Below the pieces are notes generated by a model. It was not told the DNA's origin. It did no database searches and saw nothing but the letters and a program-made list of their open reading frames with translations. A program made the translations under genes and the position numbers. Positions 36,441 through 48,099 of a DNA stretch of 64,000 nt are shown piece by piece. The stretch is taken from NCBI GenBank assembly GCA_964016885.1, contig OZ024741.1, positions 351,106,001 through 351,170,000 of the forward strand. Direction: 5' to 3'. The DNA is from Eledone cirrhosa (Eukaryota). Numbering within the stretch: the stretch's first letter is position 1; every line of letters begins with the position of its first letter.

Positions 36441-37334
36441 GGTGCGGACGGTATTTGTTCGAAAGATTACTGTCTAGGAAAAAGTAACACAGTAGTTTTA
36501 TTTTTTAAGATTTATTTATCAAACTTGGGTCAGTTTGTCTTCATGACTTGTTCTTTCGATCTCACTCGATAAACCCGCCATTGGCTTTGATGACGGCCTC
36601 AAGGCGGCCTTGGAACTGGCTACAGGCCTTCGTCACTGTCCCCCGATTTAGGCCTCTAAAGACACTTGTGATCCTGGCCTTCAGATCATCTTTCGTATTA
36701 CAACTAGATTTGTTGGTGCCTCGTTCCACTGCGCCCCACACAAAAGAAGTCGAGGGGGTTGCAGTCAGGCGAGCTGGGGGGCCAGATGTCAGGTGAAGTG
36801 TGGTCGACGAAGTTCTCTGACAGCCAAGCTTGGGTCTTTCGGCTGGTATGGCAGAGTACTGAGTCTTGCTGCCACACATATGGCCTACCTGCAGCTACCT
36901 GGTCGTCGATCCAGGGCTTTACTACCTTGCTCAGAACGCGGATGTAGCCATTGGTGTTCAGCTTGAGGCCCTCAGGGAAGAACTCGGGCGTTCTGAAGGC
37001 GTCAGATCGTCGATCATGTGTTTTCCTCTCTGATGTTGCTTCGTAGTCGAATCCTGAATTTTCCAATTCCTTTCTGACTTTTTCCCCCATTCTCCTGCTG
37101 ACGCTGAGAAAGTCTGAAATTTCCTTATTTGTCCTCCCAGCGCGGATTCCAAGAAGAACTCCGTGTCTCTTCCACAAATTTGGAGGTTCAAAATTATTCA
37201 TAATCAATTATTCTGAAAATAAATAATGGAAATATAGTCACTGTTTTTATGAAGACAAGAGTGACAATGGAAGTAAAAACAATTTGCATAAAATTAACAG
37301 TTGAAAACTGTGAACAAATATCATCCGCACCCTG
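36438..37334 (-). mobile_element. Tc1/mariner maT (DD37D) element, internally deleted, inserted in (TA)n
   Basis: TIRs cagggtgcggacggtatttgttc / gaacaaatatcatccgcaccctg; 37 residues between QQD and PLD (WQQDS...WPPSSPDCNPLDF). Confidence 0.9.
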
Positions 37335-37350
37335 TATATATATATATATA

Positions 37351-37569
37351 TATGTAAAAGGTGAACAGAAATAACAACACAATCGGTACAGTATATGGAA
37401 GGAATATATTAGGTTAATGCTTGAAATAGCAGGAAGAGGGTCTTAACGTTTCGGATGCTAGTCCTTCATCAGAAGAAAGAATGAGAAATAAGATAGATTG
37501 AAGGGATGAGCAGGGTGAAATTGGAAAAAATGTCTTTAGATAAAAATAATAGGTCCATTCATGTTGGCA
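37351..37569 (-). mobile_element. Penelope-like terminal repeat, second copy
   Basis: Highly similar to 29072-29290 and abuts (TA)n. Confidence 0.8.
37441..37476 (-). ncRNA. Minimal type I hammerhead ribozyme (PLE-associated)
   Basis: RNA: UCUU CUGAUGA A GGA CUAGCA UCC GAAA CG UU AAGA; stem I UCUU/AAGA, stem II GGA/UCC, palindromic ACGU stem III. Confidence 0.75.
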
Positions 37570-39854
37570 GGATATCCATAGATAAAATGCCAAGGAAAAC
37601 GATGGTAAATCTATTGCAAGAGAGCTTATTTAGTATAATTAAAATTTCATACACTTAACATGTATGCACAACCTTAGGTTTTGGAGTCCAGTTATGGCCA
37701 CCACTGTATATTTTATTCTAGCATCCGATGAGAGGTCTGTATTAGAATAGCTCCTCCATTATGCAGCTACATGTTAAATGTATGAAATTTTAATTATACT
37801 ATATATATATATATATATTTATATGACATTTGGGAAAAGGTCATACAATCCAACTGGGAGGAGCCTGGAGAAAAGAAAGACAGCAGCAAACATGTGAAAA
37901 AGTGGTGAGATCTGATGACAGTATGTTGGACTTCATAATGGACATGATAAAGAACTGCAATGTATTTGGAGAGACAATGTGTTAAAACAGACTTGTCTGA
38001 CTCTGACCTATGTCGATATGGAAAAATGGATATAAGAATGATGATGATAGTAGTAAAATTTACCTTATTAAACATTGTTTCACAATATAGAAAGTTAATA
38101 ACAGGAAAATTATTTCTCATACCAACAAGGGAGCCTCTGTATAGACCTTTGATCTACTAGAAATAACTTCTAAATCTACACCAAAGCATACCTAATTGTC
38201 CTAAAAAGAAGAAGAGGACATTGAATAATGTAGTCCTAAATAAATACCACTGATCATAAGTCTACTGGATTATGACTGATATAGGAGTTAAACACCTGTC
38301 TAATATTCAATATATCTTATTTCAGTACCCACAATACACAATTGGTCTAAAATACAAGATTTGCATATCCTACTTCTGAATTAGCTTGACATTGAAGATA
38401 AATATATAAAACTGTTTTGAGTCATCACTTTAATCTATTTAATAGCTTAGATGAAGAGAAAAGGAGTTTAGATTATGAGATTCCATCATCATCTGTTCAG
38501 TTGACAAAACCTGTTTGGTGGTATAGCTACCTGCTAATCTATGTTAATCCCTAATAATATTTGTTTGCAGGCAAGAGATGTAATGAGTGCTAAAAATATC
38601 TACTTTAAGTGAATTAATACATAGTCAGGATAATAATTTAGAACAACTGCAACAACAACAATATTATGAGGAAATGTTAAGTAATATGTGACATTTAACC
38701 ACATATTTATTTCAAACATACATTGGTTGTTATAAGTTATTAACAATGAGGTGGCACTGAAGAGAAAATGTGTTGTATTGTTGTTGTTGTTGGGGAAGGG
38801 GGGAATCAATCTTTTCACAAACTTTAAAAGACAGATAAGTGAAGACTATACTATGCATGCATAGACCATTAATGCCTGAGGGAGTCGTACGGGTGCTGTA
38901 TTGACATACATAGGGCATTTTAAAACCTGGCAGAGCCCATCTCCTCTTCAGGTCTGAATACAGCAGATTTTTTCCAGAGAAGGATAGAGAGTGAGAGAAT
39001 GGAAATGAGAAAAAGATATAGAGGAAGAATAAACTCCAGCATTAGACTAGTACTTTTTTAATTGACCTCGAATGGATGAAATGCAAAGTTGACCTTAGAG
39101 AGTAGAGTGCCGAAACGAATACCACAAAGCATTCTATCCAACATTCTAATGACTGCCCATACACAGCTGTAGGAGTTATCTTGAAATAGTAAATGCACTC
39201 TGTTAATCTAGATCAAAGGTTCTCAACGGGGGGGGGGGGGCGTTTCGTAGCTCCAGGGGAGCGTTATGTAGTAAGGGGGCGTTAGGGGGTCCTTTGAAAC
39301 TTTGGGGGCGCTAGAAGCCCCTTTAGTTTGGTAAGTTTTATAAGTCATATTTGTACGTCTCTTAAACAGCCAGTGTGAATGGATTTGAATGAAGAAAACG
39401 AAGAAAATAAATAAAAGAAGCTTGTCAACGAATTCCCTAGGGAGATAAAAGAAAGTCTAAAGAAATCAAAGAGAATGAGGATAAGGACTACTTCAACAGA
39501 AATGACAACAAAAAGAAGCAATGGTGGTGAACATACACACACATACATACATACACACACACACATATATACACACACAGGCCGGCATTAGTGTTTGATG
39601 AGGTTGAGAACCTGGTCAGCTTTCAGCCAGAGTTGTGGTATTTAATCTCCCGAGGTAATAAAATCTGGCGACAAAATTTTTCTCCTTACCAAAAAAGAAC
39701 ACATAGATCATATCAACATCCTTACACACTTAAATATATATGCATGTATATATACAAATGTACAAATGCTTAGCTATATACATACGTAAACGTATGCATG
39801 TATATATGTATGTATGTAGATCTATATGTATATATATATATAAATCTACATACA

Positions 39855-42110
39855 TCATCATCATCATCTTCATCATTTTATGTCCGTTCTTCTCTGCTTG
39901 CAAGGGTGGGACGGGTCTTATTCAGCACAGCATCTCTCCACTTGTTACGGTCCTTCGTCATCTCCACCATGAGCTTCAGCGATCTGAGGTCTGTTCTCAC
40001 CACCTCCGCCCATGTTTTTTGGGTCTACCTCTACCACGTCTTCCTTCAACTCGTACACTATATTCTATCCCTCTCAGACACAGTTTCTCTCTCAACACAT
40101 TCATGCTGGGTCGTTCACGCACATTGACACTGCACATCCAACGGAGCATGCTTGCCTCATTTCTCTCCAGCCGTCGCATATCTTCTGCAGTTGCTGCCCA
40201 TGTCTCACTACCATGCAGCATCGCGCTCCTCACACAGGCATCATATAACCGGCCTTTCGTACGCAGGGATAAACCCTTCTTCATCAGCAGAGGAAGTAGC
40301 TCCCTAAACTTCTTCCAACCCGTCCTTATTCTAGATACTATGGCCTCGGAACACCTCCCTCCCATGCTAATCTGATCTCCTAGGTACCGGAAGCTATCCA
40401 CCACTTCTATAGCACGCGCCTGCATTTGAAAAATGTGTCTATCAATGCGAATTCTACTGTCTAATTTCCCTGTACATCTACTGCATACATATTTCTCCCT
40501 ACTTGTTAGTTTGCCTGCTATCCCACTACATCTCTTGTGTACCGAGGATCTGCATTGTGTGCATTTTATAGAATTTATGCCAGTTCCTTTTCTGCATATC
40601 GAACATGGCCATTTCCCTGATGGAATCAGAGTTTTGTCCTCTTTTCTACTCATCAACACTTTTGCCTTAGCTAGGTTTACTCTCAGTCCTCTTGCTTCCA
40701 ACTGCTGTTTCCATAGCCAGAATTTATTCTCTAGCTCCTCTACTGATTCTGCTATAAGAACCAGATCGTCAGCATAGAGAAGTTCTCATGGACAGCCAGT
40801 CTAAAACTCCTCTGTTATGGCTTGGAAGACTATAATGAACAAGAGCGGTACTCCTATTTGTACCTGGAATTCCTCACTAAACTCAATTCCTACTCTGACT
40901 TTACTGACAGTACTTCTGTACAAAGTTTGCACTGTCCTCACAAGCCATTCCTCAACACCTAGTTTCCTTAGGGATCACCAGATGACAGATCGGGGTACCC
41001 TATCAAGAGCCTTCTCTAGGTCAACAAAGGCTAAGTATAGTGGCTTATTCTTCTCTAAGAACCTCTCTTGTAATTGTCTCACCAAGAAGAGGGCATCTGT
41101 TGTACTCTTCCCAGGCACAAAACCAAACTGCATCTCATCTAGTTTGACTCTTTCTCTAATTAGTTATGCTAATATCCTTTCTGCCACTTTCATAACCTGA
41201 TCCATCAGTTTTATACCCCTATAATTGCTCCTCTCCAGAGCATCCCCTTTACCTTTGTAGCAATTTATGAGAATATTGCTGCACCAGTCTTTGAGTATGA
41301 CACCACCATATATAGCCTGTATGATGATGCGTGTAACCAGTTTAGTGCCTAAGTCCCCTGATGCCTTCAGCATCTCAGCAACTATCCCCGATGGTCCAGC
41401 AGCCTTACCATTTTTCATTTCCTTAATCGCCTCTTGGACCCTATATTCGTCAATTTCAATAGCTGGTCCCTCTGTCGGATCTACTGAGGGTAATTTCTCT
41501 CTCTCCCATTCGTTCTCCACATTCATCAGTCTCTCATAATGACATTTCCAGGCCTCCTTTTTCTGATCATTCGTGACACTAAGTACACCGGCATCATTCC
41601 GGACACATTTATCTCCAACAACATCCTGATTTGCATTGACAAACTGCCTTGCAATGTGGAACACTGCATGCCTCTGATCTTCCCGTCGCAGAACATTGGC
41701 AAACCTCCTACTCTCAGCCTCCCTGCGTGCTAAGTACACCTGACGTCTAGCTTCTCTCTTAGTGGCTGTATATCCTTCCCTACTCCCAACCTTTTTCCAA
41801 GCCTTCCATGCTAGTATTTTGTCTCTAATAGCCTTATCTACTGTGCTGTTCCACCACCAGGTCACTCTCTGTCTGGTTGGAGCTCTGCTCCAGACACAAG
41901 TTTCATCAGTAGCCTGTAGTAAGTTGTCACGTAAGAAATTCCAGTTATTATCTATGTCATACGTCTCTAAATTGTCTTCTTTTTCGTCATACACATCTTG
42001 AAGGGCTTTCCTAAATTTGTATTTTAGTGAAAGGTCTTTTAGCTTCCAGACCTTTCTTCTCCACACCTTCCTGTATGTCTCATTCCATCTCTTGCTTACT
42101 GAGATATCAC
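39855..42110 (-). mobile_element. Degenerate PHD-containing RTE LINE (distinct subfamily)
   Basis: TWWWNSTV, KAAGPSGIVAEMLKA, NYRGIKL, KWPCSICRKG..CTQC..VHKRC, MLHGSETW; (GAT)n tail. Confidence 0.9.
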
Positions 42111-42139
42111 TAAATATATATATATATATATATATAAAT

Positions 42140-42174
<35 letters not shown>

Positions 42175-42379
42175 TAAATATATATATATATAAATATATA
42201 TATATATGTGTGTGTGTGTATAATATATATATTATACACACACACACATATATATATATATATAAATTAGCGAGAATCGTATTTCGGCTATTGGAAATTA
42301 GCGAAAAACAACTTCCGAAATGTGTGGCAAGCGCTCAATAGAAACGAGTGAACTAGAGTGAAAACATACCTTAAAAGGC

Positions 42380-42454
<75 letters not shown>

Positions 42455-42744
42455 GCAGTGTGACAAGAAGCTTGCTTCCCAACCACATATTTCCGGGTTC
42501 AGTCCCCCTGCCCGAGCCGACCAAAGCCCTGTGACTGGATTTGATAGGATAGACTGAAACTAAAAGAAGCCTGTCGTATATATGTATATATGTCTGTGTG
42601 TGTCTTTGCGTTTGTGTTTGCCCTCCCACCAGTGCTTGTTGGTTTGTTGACGTCCCCATAACTTACCAAGGTGATGCTCCAGCATGGGCATAGTCCAGAG
42701 TTAGAAAAAAAGTAAAATATGAGTGTGTGTGTGTGTGTGTAGAG

Positions 42745-43148
42745 GAGGGCTCTCAAACTCAAGGACACAAATGGGCCATTACGTCCTGGGGGAGAGGCAC
42801 AGTGGGCCAAACGTGGTGGTGGGTGAAGATTTTCACCAGTTATAATCATTTCTACTATAGGAACAAGGCATGAAATTTGGGGTTTAGGGTTCAGTCGATT
42901 GCATCGATCCTAGTACACAACTGGTACTTAATTCATCGACCCCAAAAGGATGAAAGGCAAAGTTGAGATCGGCGGAATTTGAATTCAGAACGCAAAAACG
43001 GAAGAAGTACCGTTAAGCATTTCGCCAGATGTGCTAACGATTCCACCAGCTCACCGCCTTATTTTCGCCAGTTATAATGGAAAATGAAATATTGGTTCTA
43101 CCACGGGCCACAGAAAAGTAGTTCGCGGGCCGCATGTTTGAGCCCCCT
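42745..43148 (+). mobile_element. hAT-Charlie-like MITE interrupted by a SINE
   Basis: Left end gagggctctcaaactc...gggcc; right end gcgggccgcatgtttgagccccctg. Confidence 0.6.
42847..43060 (-). mobile_element. Full-length tRNA SINE with 18-bp TSD
   Basis: TSD attttcaccagttataat (42829-42846) / attttcgccagttataat (43061-43078); Meta/MESC-like core. Confidence 0.85.
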
Positions 43149-43159
43149 GTTGGAGATAG

Positions 43160-43680
43160 ATATGTTTCTTTATTAGCCACAGGGAGACAAATACAAAGGG
43201 GGAAGTTTACATAGAATAAAAACGTGTAAAATAGTATCACAATGCAATTTAAAAATTAATCGATTTACCCCAATAGGGGGAGACATTTCATATGGGTAAC
43301 ACATACCCCCAAAAGAATGTGCAACCCCCATCTCCAGGAGTACGAAGAGTTTGTACCCCTTTCCTCTCTTCCTCTTTTTCCTCAACCTACAGGCTGATAT
43401 ATAGAGAAGGCCCATTCACTCGGGCCATTCTCGCCACTTTCACCCACCTTCCATAAAACTTGCTGGGGTACAGCACCTCTCTCTCCATCCTCATTCTTTT
43501 TCCAAAGTGGTATTTGAAAAAAAGAATCAGTTGTTGGCCAGAGAGAAAGGTGTCTGACCTCAGCCCTTTTAACCTTGTCCACCATACAACCTCTTTCGCC
43601 ATAGCGATCACACAAAGGAAAACCACCTCTTCTTCGTTTTTGAAGGAGGGTGGCAGTTTGATCATGACAATGGACTCGGA
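43160..43680 (-). mobile_element. Tx1 3' fragment related to 30577-35982
   Basis: ESIVMIK.PPSF..EEEVVFLCVIAMAKEVVWWTRLKGL; ends gtggctaataaagaaac. Confidence 0.85.
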
Positions 43681-43761
43681 GATAGATAGATAGATATGTA
43701 CGAAACACACACACACACACATTTCTTACTCTCTCTGTCCCTCCCTCTTTCTCTCTTCATT

Positions 43762-43807
<46 letters not shown>

Positions 43808-43927
43808 TGTGGCGTTGTTGAAAAGAGCAGTGGCCTTTGACCTGGCAATAAAAAACTGTAGACAAAATTCTTTCTGTCCCCAAACCAAGGCACACACACA
43901 CACATAAGTGTGTGTGTATGTATATGT

Positions 43928-43958
<31 letters not shown>

Positions 43959-44427
43959 CATGCGTGTCTATGTGTGTGTGTGTGTCTGTGTCTGTGTACC
44001 TATCTATGTATATATAAGGGATACAAATACTACTTTCTCACTGTCACCAAGCTTCTCAATTCATTCGTTGCTAAGTATTTTATTTTGCTACGAGGTATTT
44101 TATTTTGCAAGGTACTATTTTTCCCCTCAGTTTGTGATTTCAGAGAAAGGTAAGAAATTCTTCATATTTTGCATCGTTTGTATTTTGACTTTACAGTTTG
44201 AATTGTAGAATTGTTTATCCAATCAAAATATTACAGCAGCTAACAGTGAAATATAGAATTAAAAAAAAAGCTTTTTCAACTGAAATCAAGTCTTTGAGAA
44301 CATTGACGTCTATTTTTCAAAAAATATATAATTTGAAATAGTTTGCTTTTGTTTTGGACTGAAACTTTTTTTGTATTTAATTCGTACGGGTATTTTTTAA
44401 AGATCTTTTTAAAAATTCTAATTTGAT

Positions 44428-45180
44428 TTGGCCCATTACGTGCACTGCGGCATTCATATTTCTCAACTTATTATAACTAAGTCCGTACAACAAGCTTCAC
44501 TTATCAAAAATGTTCTAGATTACGTGAATGAATTGCGGAAACTATATAGTACATCAGGGAAATTTAAGCACGCATATTTATCACAACATGATGAAGAAAA
44601 TGAAGTATCGTCACCACACTCCTTAAAACCTGTGTGCCCTACTCGATGGCTAACACGATTTTTCTGCAGTCAAAGCCCTTTTTGACAATTATTCAGATGC
44701 CCCTATTTCTTTACAAGCGGCAACAAATGAGTTTGGCACCAACATTGGATCCAGAGCTAATGTTATTCTTACGTGTCACTCTCCAGGCCAATGTGTTCTT
44801 GGATTGCACGTTGTAGTTCCATTACTTCAATTCCTTGAAGGATTGAACAGATCTTTTCAAAGTACCACCTTCAATCTAGGTAGCATGTTGCATAGTGTCA
44901 AACTGGTGCAGGAGGAGCTAAAAAATCTACGCAGTGAAGAAAAATTTCAGGAGCTGAAAAAATGATTTATCAACTCGATATTTCTCCTTTGGAGCTACCC
45001 AGACAACGAAAAGTTCCTAAAAGATACCAGGAAGCAAATGCGTTGAAATATCAACACTGCACTGCTTTGGATCATTACAGAGTGCAGTATTTGCAGGTAG
45101 TGGATATTGCAATATCAAATTTGAAAGATTATTTTTTTTCACAGGATTTAGCAGATTATGAAAAACTGAGCAATATTTTC
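44428..45180 (+). mobile_element. hAT transposase fragment (ZMYM1-like / Tip100-type)
   Basis: YVHCGIH, LKPVCPTRW, LELPRQRKVPKRY, HYRVQYLQVVDIAISNLKDYF. Confidence 0.7.
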
Positions 45181-46140
45181 CACCAAAACGAAATGCACGA
45201 GGAGCTTCTCTTCACTCTGAATCTAGCCACAGATACTAAAGGCATCTTTGAATCCATCAAGGGATACCTCGAAGAAAAAGAGATACCTCTTAACAATATT
45301 GTATCATGTGCTATGGACGGCGCAAGAGCAATGGTCGGCCAACATAAGGGTTTTGTCTCTCTTCTGAAGAGGGAAAATCCATCTGTATTTGCTGTTCATT
45401 GTGTCATTCATCGACAACACTTGACTGCGAAGAAACTCAGTGAGCCGCTGAGCAAGTCTTTGCAGGTAGCCATTGATGTCATCAATTATATCAATCGCCA
45501 TGCCCTCAATGAACGAATTTTCCGGCAACTGTGCGAAGATAATGATGAAGAATTCGTCGAGTTGCTCCTTCATACTGAAGTGAGGTGGCTTTCAAAGGGC
45601 AAGTGCCTTACTCACTTCTTTGAACTGTTCGACTCTATCATTGAGTTTTTTCGAGGACGCAACACAGAACTGTATAAAAAACCCTCAATGTGTGGCAAGA
45701 CTGCGCCTACCTCGCCGACATCTTCGACAAATGCAATAGCCTCATTATGGCTTTGCAGGGGGAGAAGATCACCTTGTTTAAAGCAAGGAATACTGTGAAA
45801 ATATTCCTGGCCAAATTGAAAGTCATCGAAAGGAATCTTTGTCGACAGGAATTCTATAATTTTCCTAGTGACGACAATGTTCAAAACATTGTGAGTGATG
45901 ATCAACTCCAAATTTATACCGCGCACCTCCGTGCACTACAAGACAACATGAGAGAACATTTGTCGACCTTTTGCAGATGGACATCCCAATGTGGATAGCA
46001 GATCCCTTCATAGCTAACGTCAACGATTTGGACGTTAAATTTCAGGAAGAATTAATTGAACTTCAGATAGATGACAATATCAAAATTAAATTTTCCAAAA
46101 TAGGTGAACCCCTTTTTTGGATGCAAGAGAAAATTCAGCG
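45181..46140 (+). mobile_element. hAT Charlie/Buster-type transposase fragment
   Basis: EELLF, SCAMDGARAMVG, HCVIHRQHL, LLHTEVRWLSKG, AYLADIF, QEELIELQ. Confidence 0.85.
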
Positions 46141-46534
46141 TCGCGGGATTTGAACTCAGACCACAAAGGGCCGTAACTCTATGCTGCAAAGCATGCCGTC
46201 TGACCATCTACCGATACTGCTAATCCACTGCATTTTTCACTAATAATATGCAAATTAATACGTCCATTTCAGGATACTACTATAAATGATAAGATATATA
46301 AGCCCCGCAACTATGTATCTCCTTGTGGTTGATTAGAGGATATAAATGCCTCCTGATGAAATCCCAACTTGGTTCGAAAACCAGTTAAAGGTATCATTTT
46401 TTCAATTTAAAGACAACTACGTATATTTGGCATACTTACAAGTCTATAAACTAAAAATATGTAAATTTATATACACATTTATGCAGTCTCAGTTACTTCT
46501 ATTCTATTTTTATACAGATATAATTTGATTATAT

Positions 46535-47850
46535 ATATGAATTGGAGGCGAAATTCCAAACCTGGAAGCATGACCTAGAATCAAAAGGTCTTAAAGTCAA
46601 CTTGGCAAAGACTAACGTTCTAGTAAGTAGAAGGGAAAACAGAGCCCAGATCACCCCAGGGAAATGGCTCTGCTCAGTGTGCAGAAAAGGAGTACATAGA
46701 AATTCCATCCTATGTCCCAAATGCAAACTATGGGTACACAAAAGATGTAGCAGGATCTCAGGCAGGCTAACAAAGAACTAAGGTTTTACATGTGGCCAGT
46801 GCGCAGGGGCAGGAGCTCTCAGGATACAATCTTCAAATACCCAGAGGGCTCTGTAGAAGTGATAAATCGTTTCTGTTACCTGGGTGACCAAATCAGCAGT
46901 GGAGGAGGGTGTTCCAAAAGCACAGTAACCTGAGTGAGATCGGGTTGGAGAAAGTTCAGGGAGCTACTACCGCTGCTAACTACAAATGGTTTTTCCCTCA
47001 AAATGAAAAGCAGACTGTATGATGCATGTATACAAACAGCAATTTTGCACAGCAGCAAGACCTGGGTACTGTGTGCAGAGGACCTGTGAAGATTGGAAAG
47101 AAATGAAGCCTCCATGCTTCAATGGATGTGCAATAGCAATATACAAGAACAGCAAAGCATAAATGTACCGTGTGAGAAATTAGGCATAAGAGGGATCAGA
47201 GGCAGTGTGCAGGAGAGGAGATTGCATTGGTATGGACATGTGATGCGTATGAAGGACAACAGCTGTATAAAAAGGTGCAGAGTATTGAAGTTGACAGTAG
47301 CCAAGGAAGACTTGGGATGAGGTAATAAAAGATGACTTTGCACAATTACACCTCACATGATCTCTGGTGTTATGCAGTATTACAGAAGACCCACCCTCCC
47401 ATATGCTTGAGCTGAGGCATATGTGTAGTAGGCAACACCTTCTCCTACCATCTCCCCTATACCTACAACCCAAATTCACAAGGCATCTTCACCATCCCAC
47501 CCGAGTCCCCAATCCACACCATAAAATGGTTCCCTTGGAGCCACGACAAAAGTGGTCATGTAGGTGTCACGATAAAAGCACCCAATCCACACTGTAAAGT
47601 GGGTGTGTAGGTGTCACGACCAAAAGCAGCTAGTCCTCACTGTAAAGTGGTCATGTTGATAACATGACAAAAAATGTCCAGCTCACACTGTAAATGTGGT
47701 TGGCGTTATGAAGAGCATCCAGCCATAGAAATCAAGCCAAAATCAGTTCTGTGTGACCAAAACACGGCCCTCCGACCTGATCTCTCACAAAGAGACAACC
47801 TGTCCTACCCATGCTAGCGTGGAAAATGAATGTTAAACAATGTTGATGAT
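46535..47850 (+). mobile_element. Degenerate PHD-RTE 3' fragment with UTR
   Basis: KWLCSVCRKGVHRNSILCPKCKLWVHKRCS; ERRLHWYGHVMRM; UTR modules. Confidence 0.85.
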
Positions 47851-48099
47851 GTGCGCATGTACACACACCAATATGATATAGTGTAGATGTAGAAATTGTA
47901 AATTAAATAAAAACACAAATAGGTAAAAGTGTGTTATTATATATATTTTTATAATTTCTTCAAAGTATCTAGAATACTTGTAGGCCCCCACTGAAACAGG
48001 CAAGAATGACATGACATGACTTAAATCCAGCCTGGACATCTGTGGTTTTTCTGAAACTTCTAAAAGAAGAAAAAAAAACATGGCAGGCAGTAAGGCATT

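Noticed and set aside
39213-39330. G-rich tract as a regulatory G-quadruplex
   Set aside because: Begins caaaggttctcaac, resembling a hAT left end, so more likely a MITE remnant; too short to call
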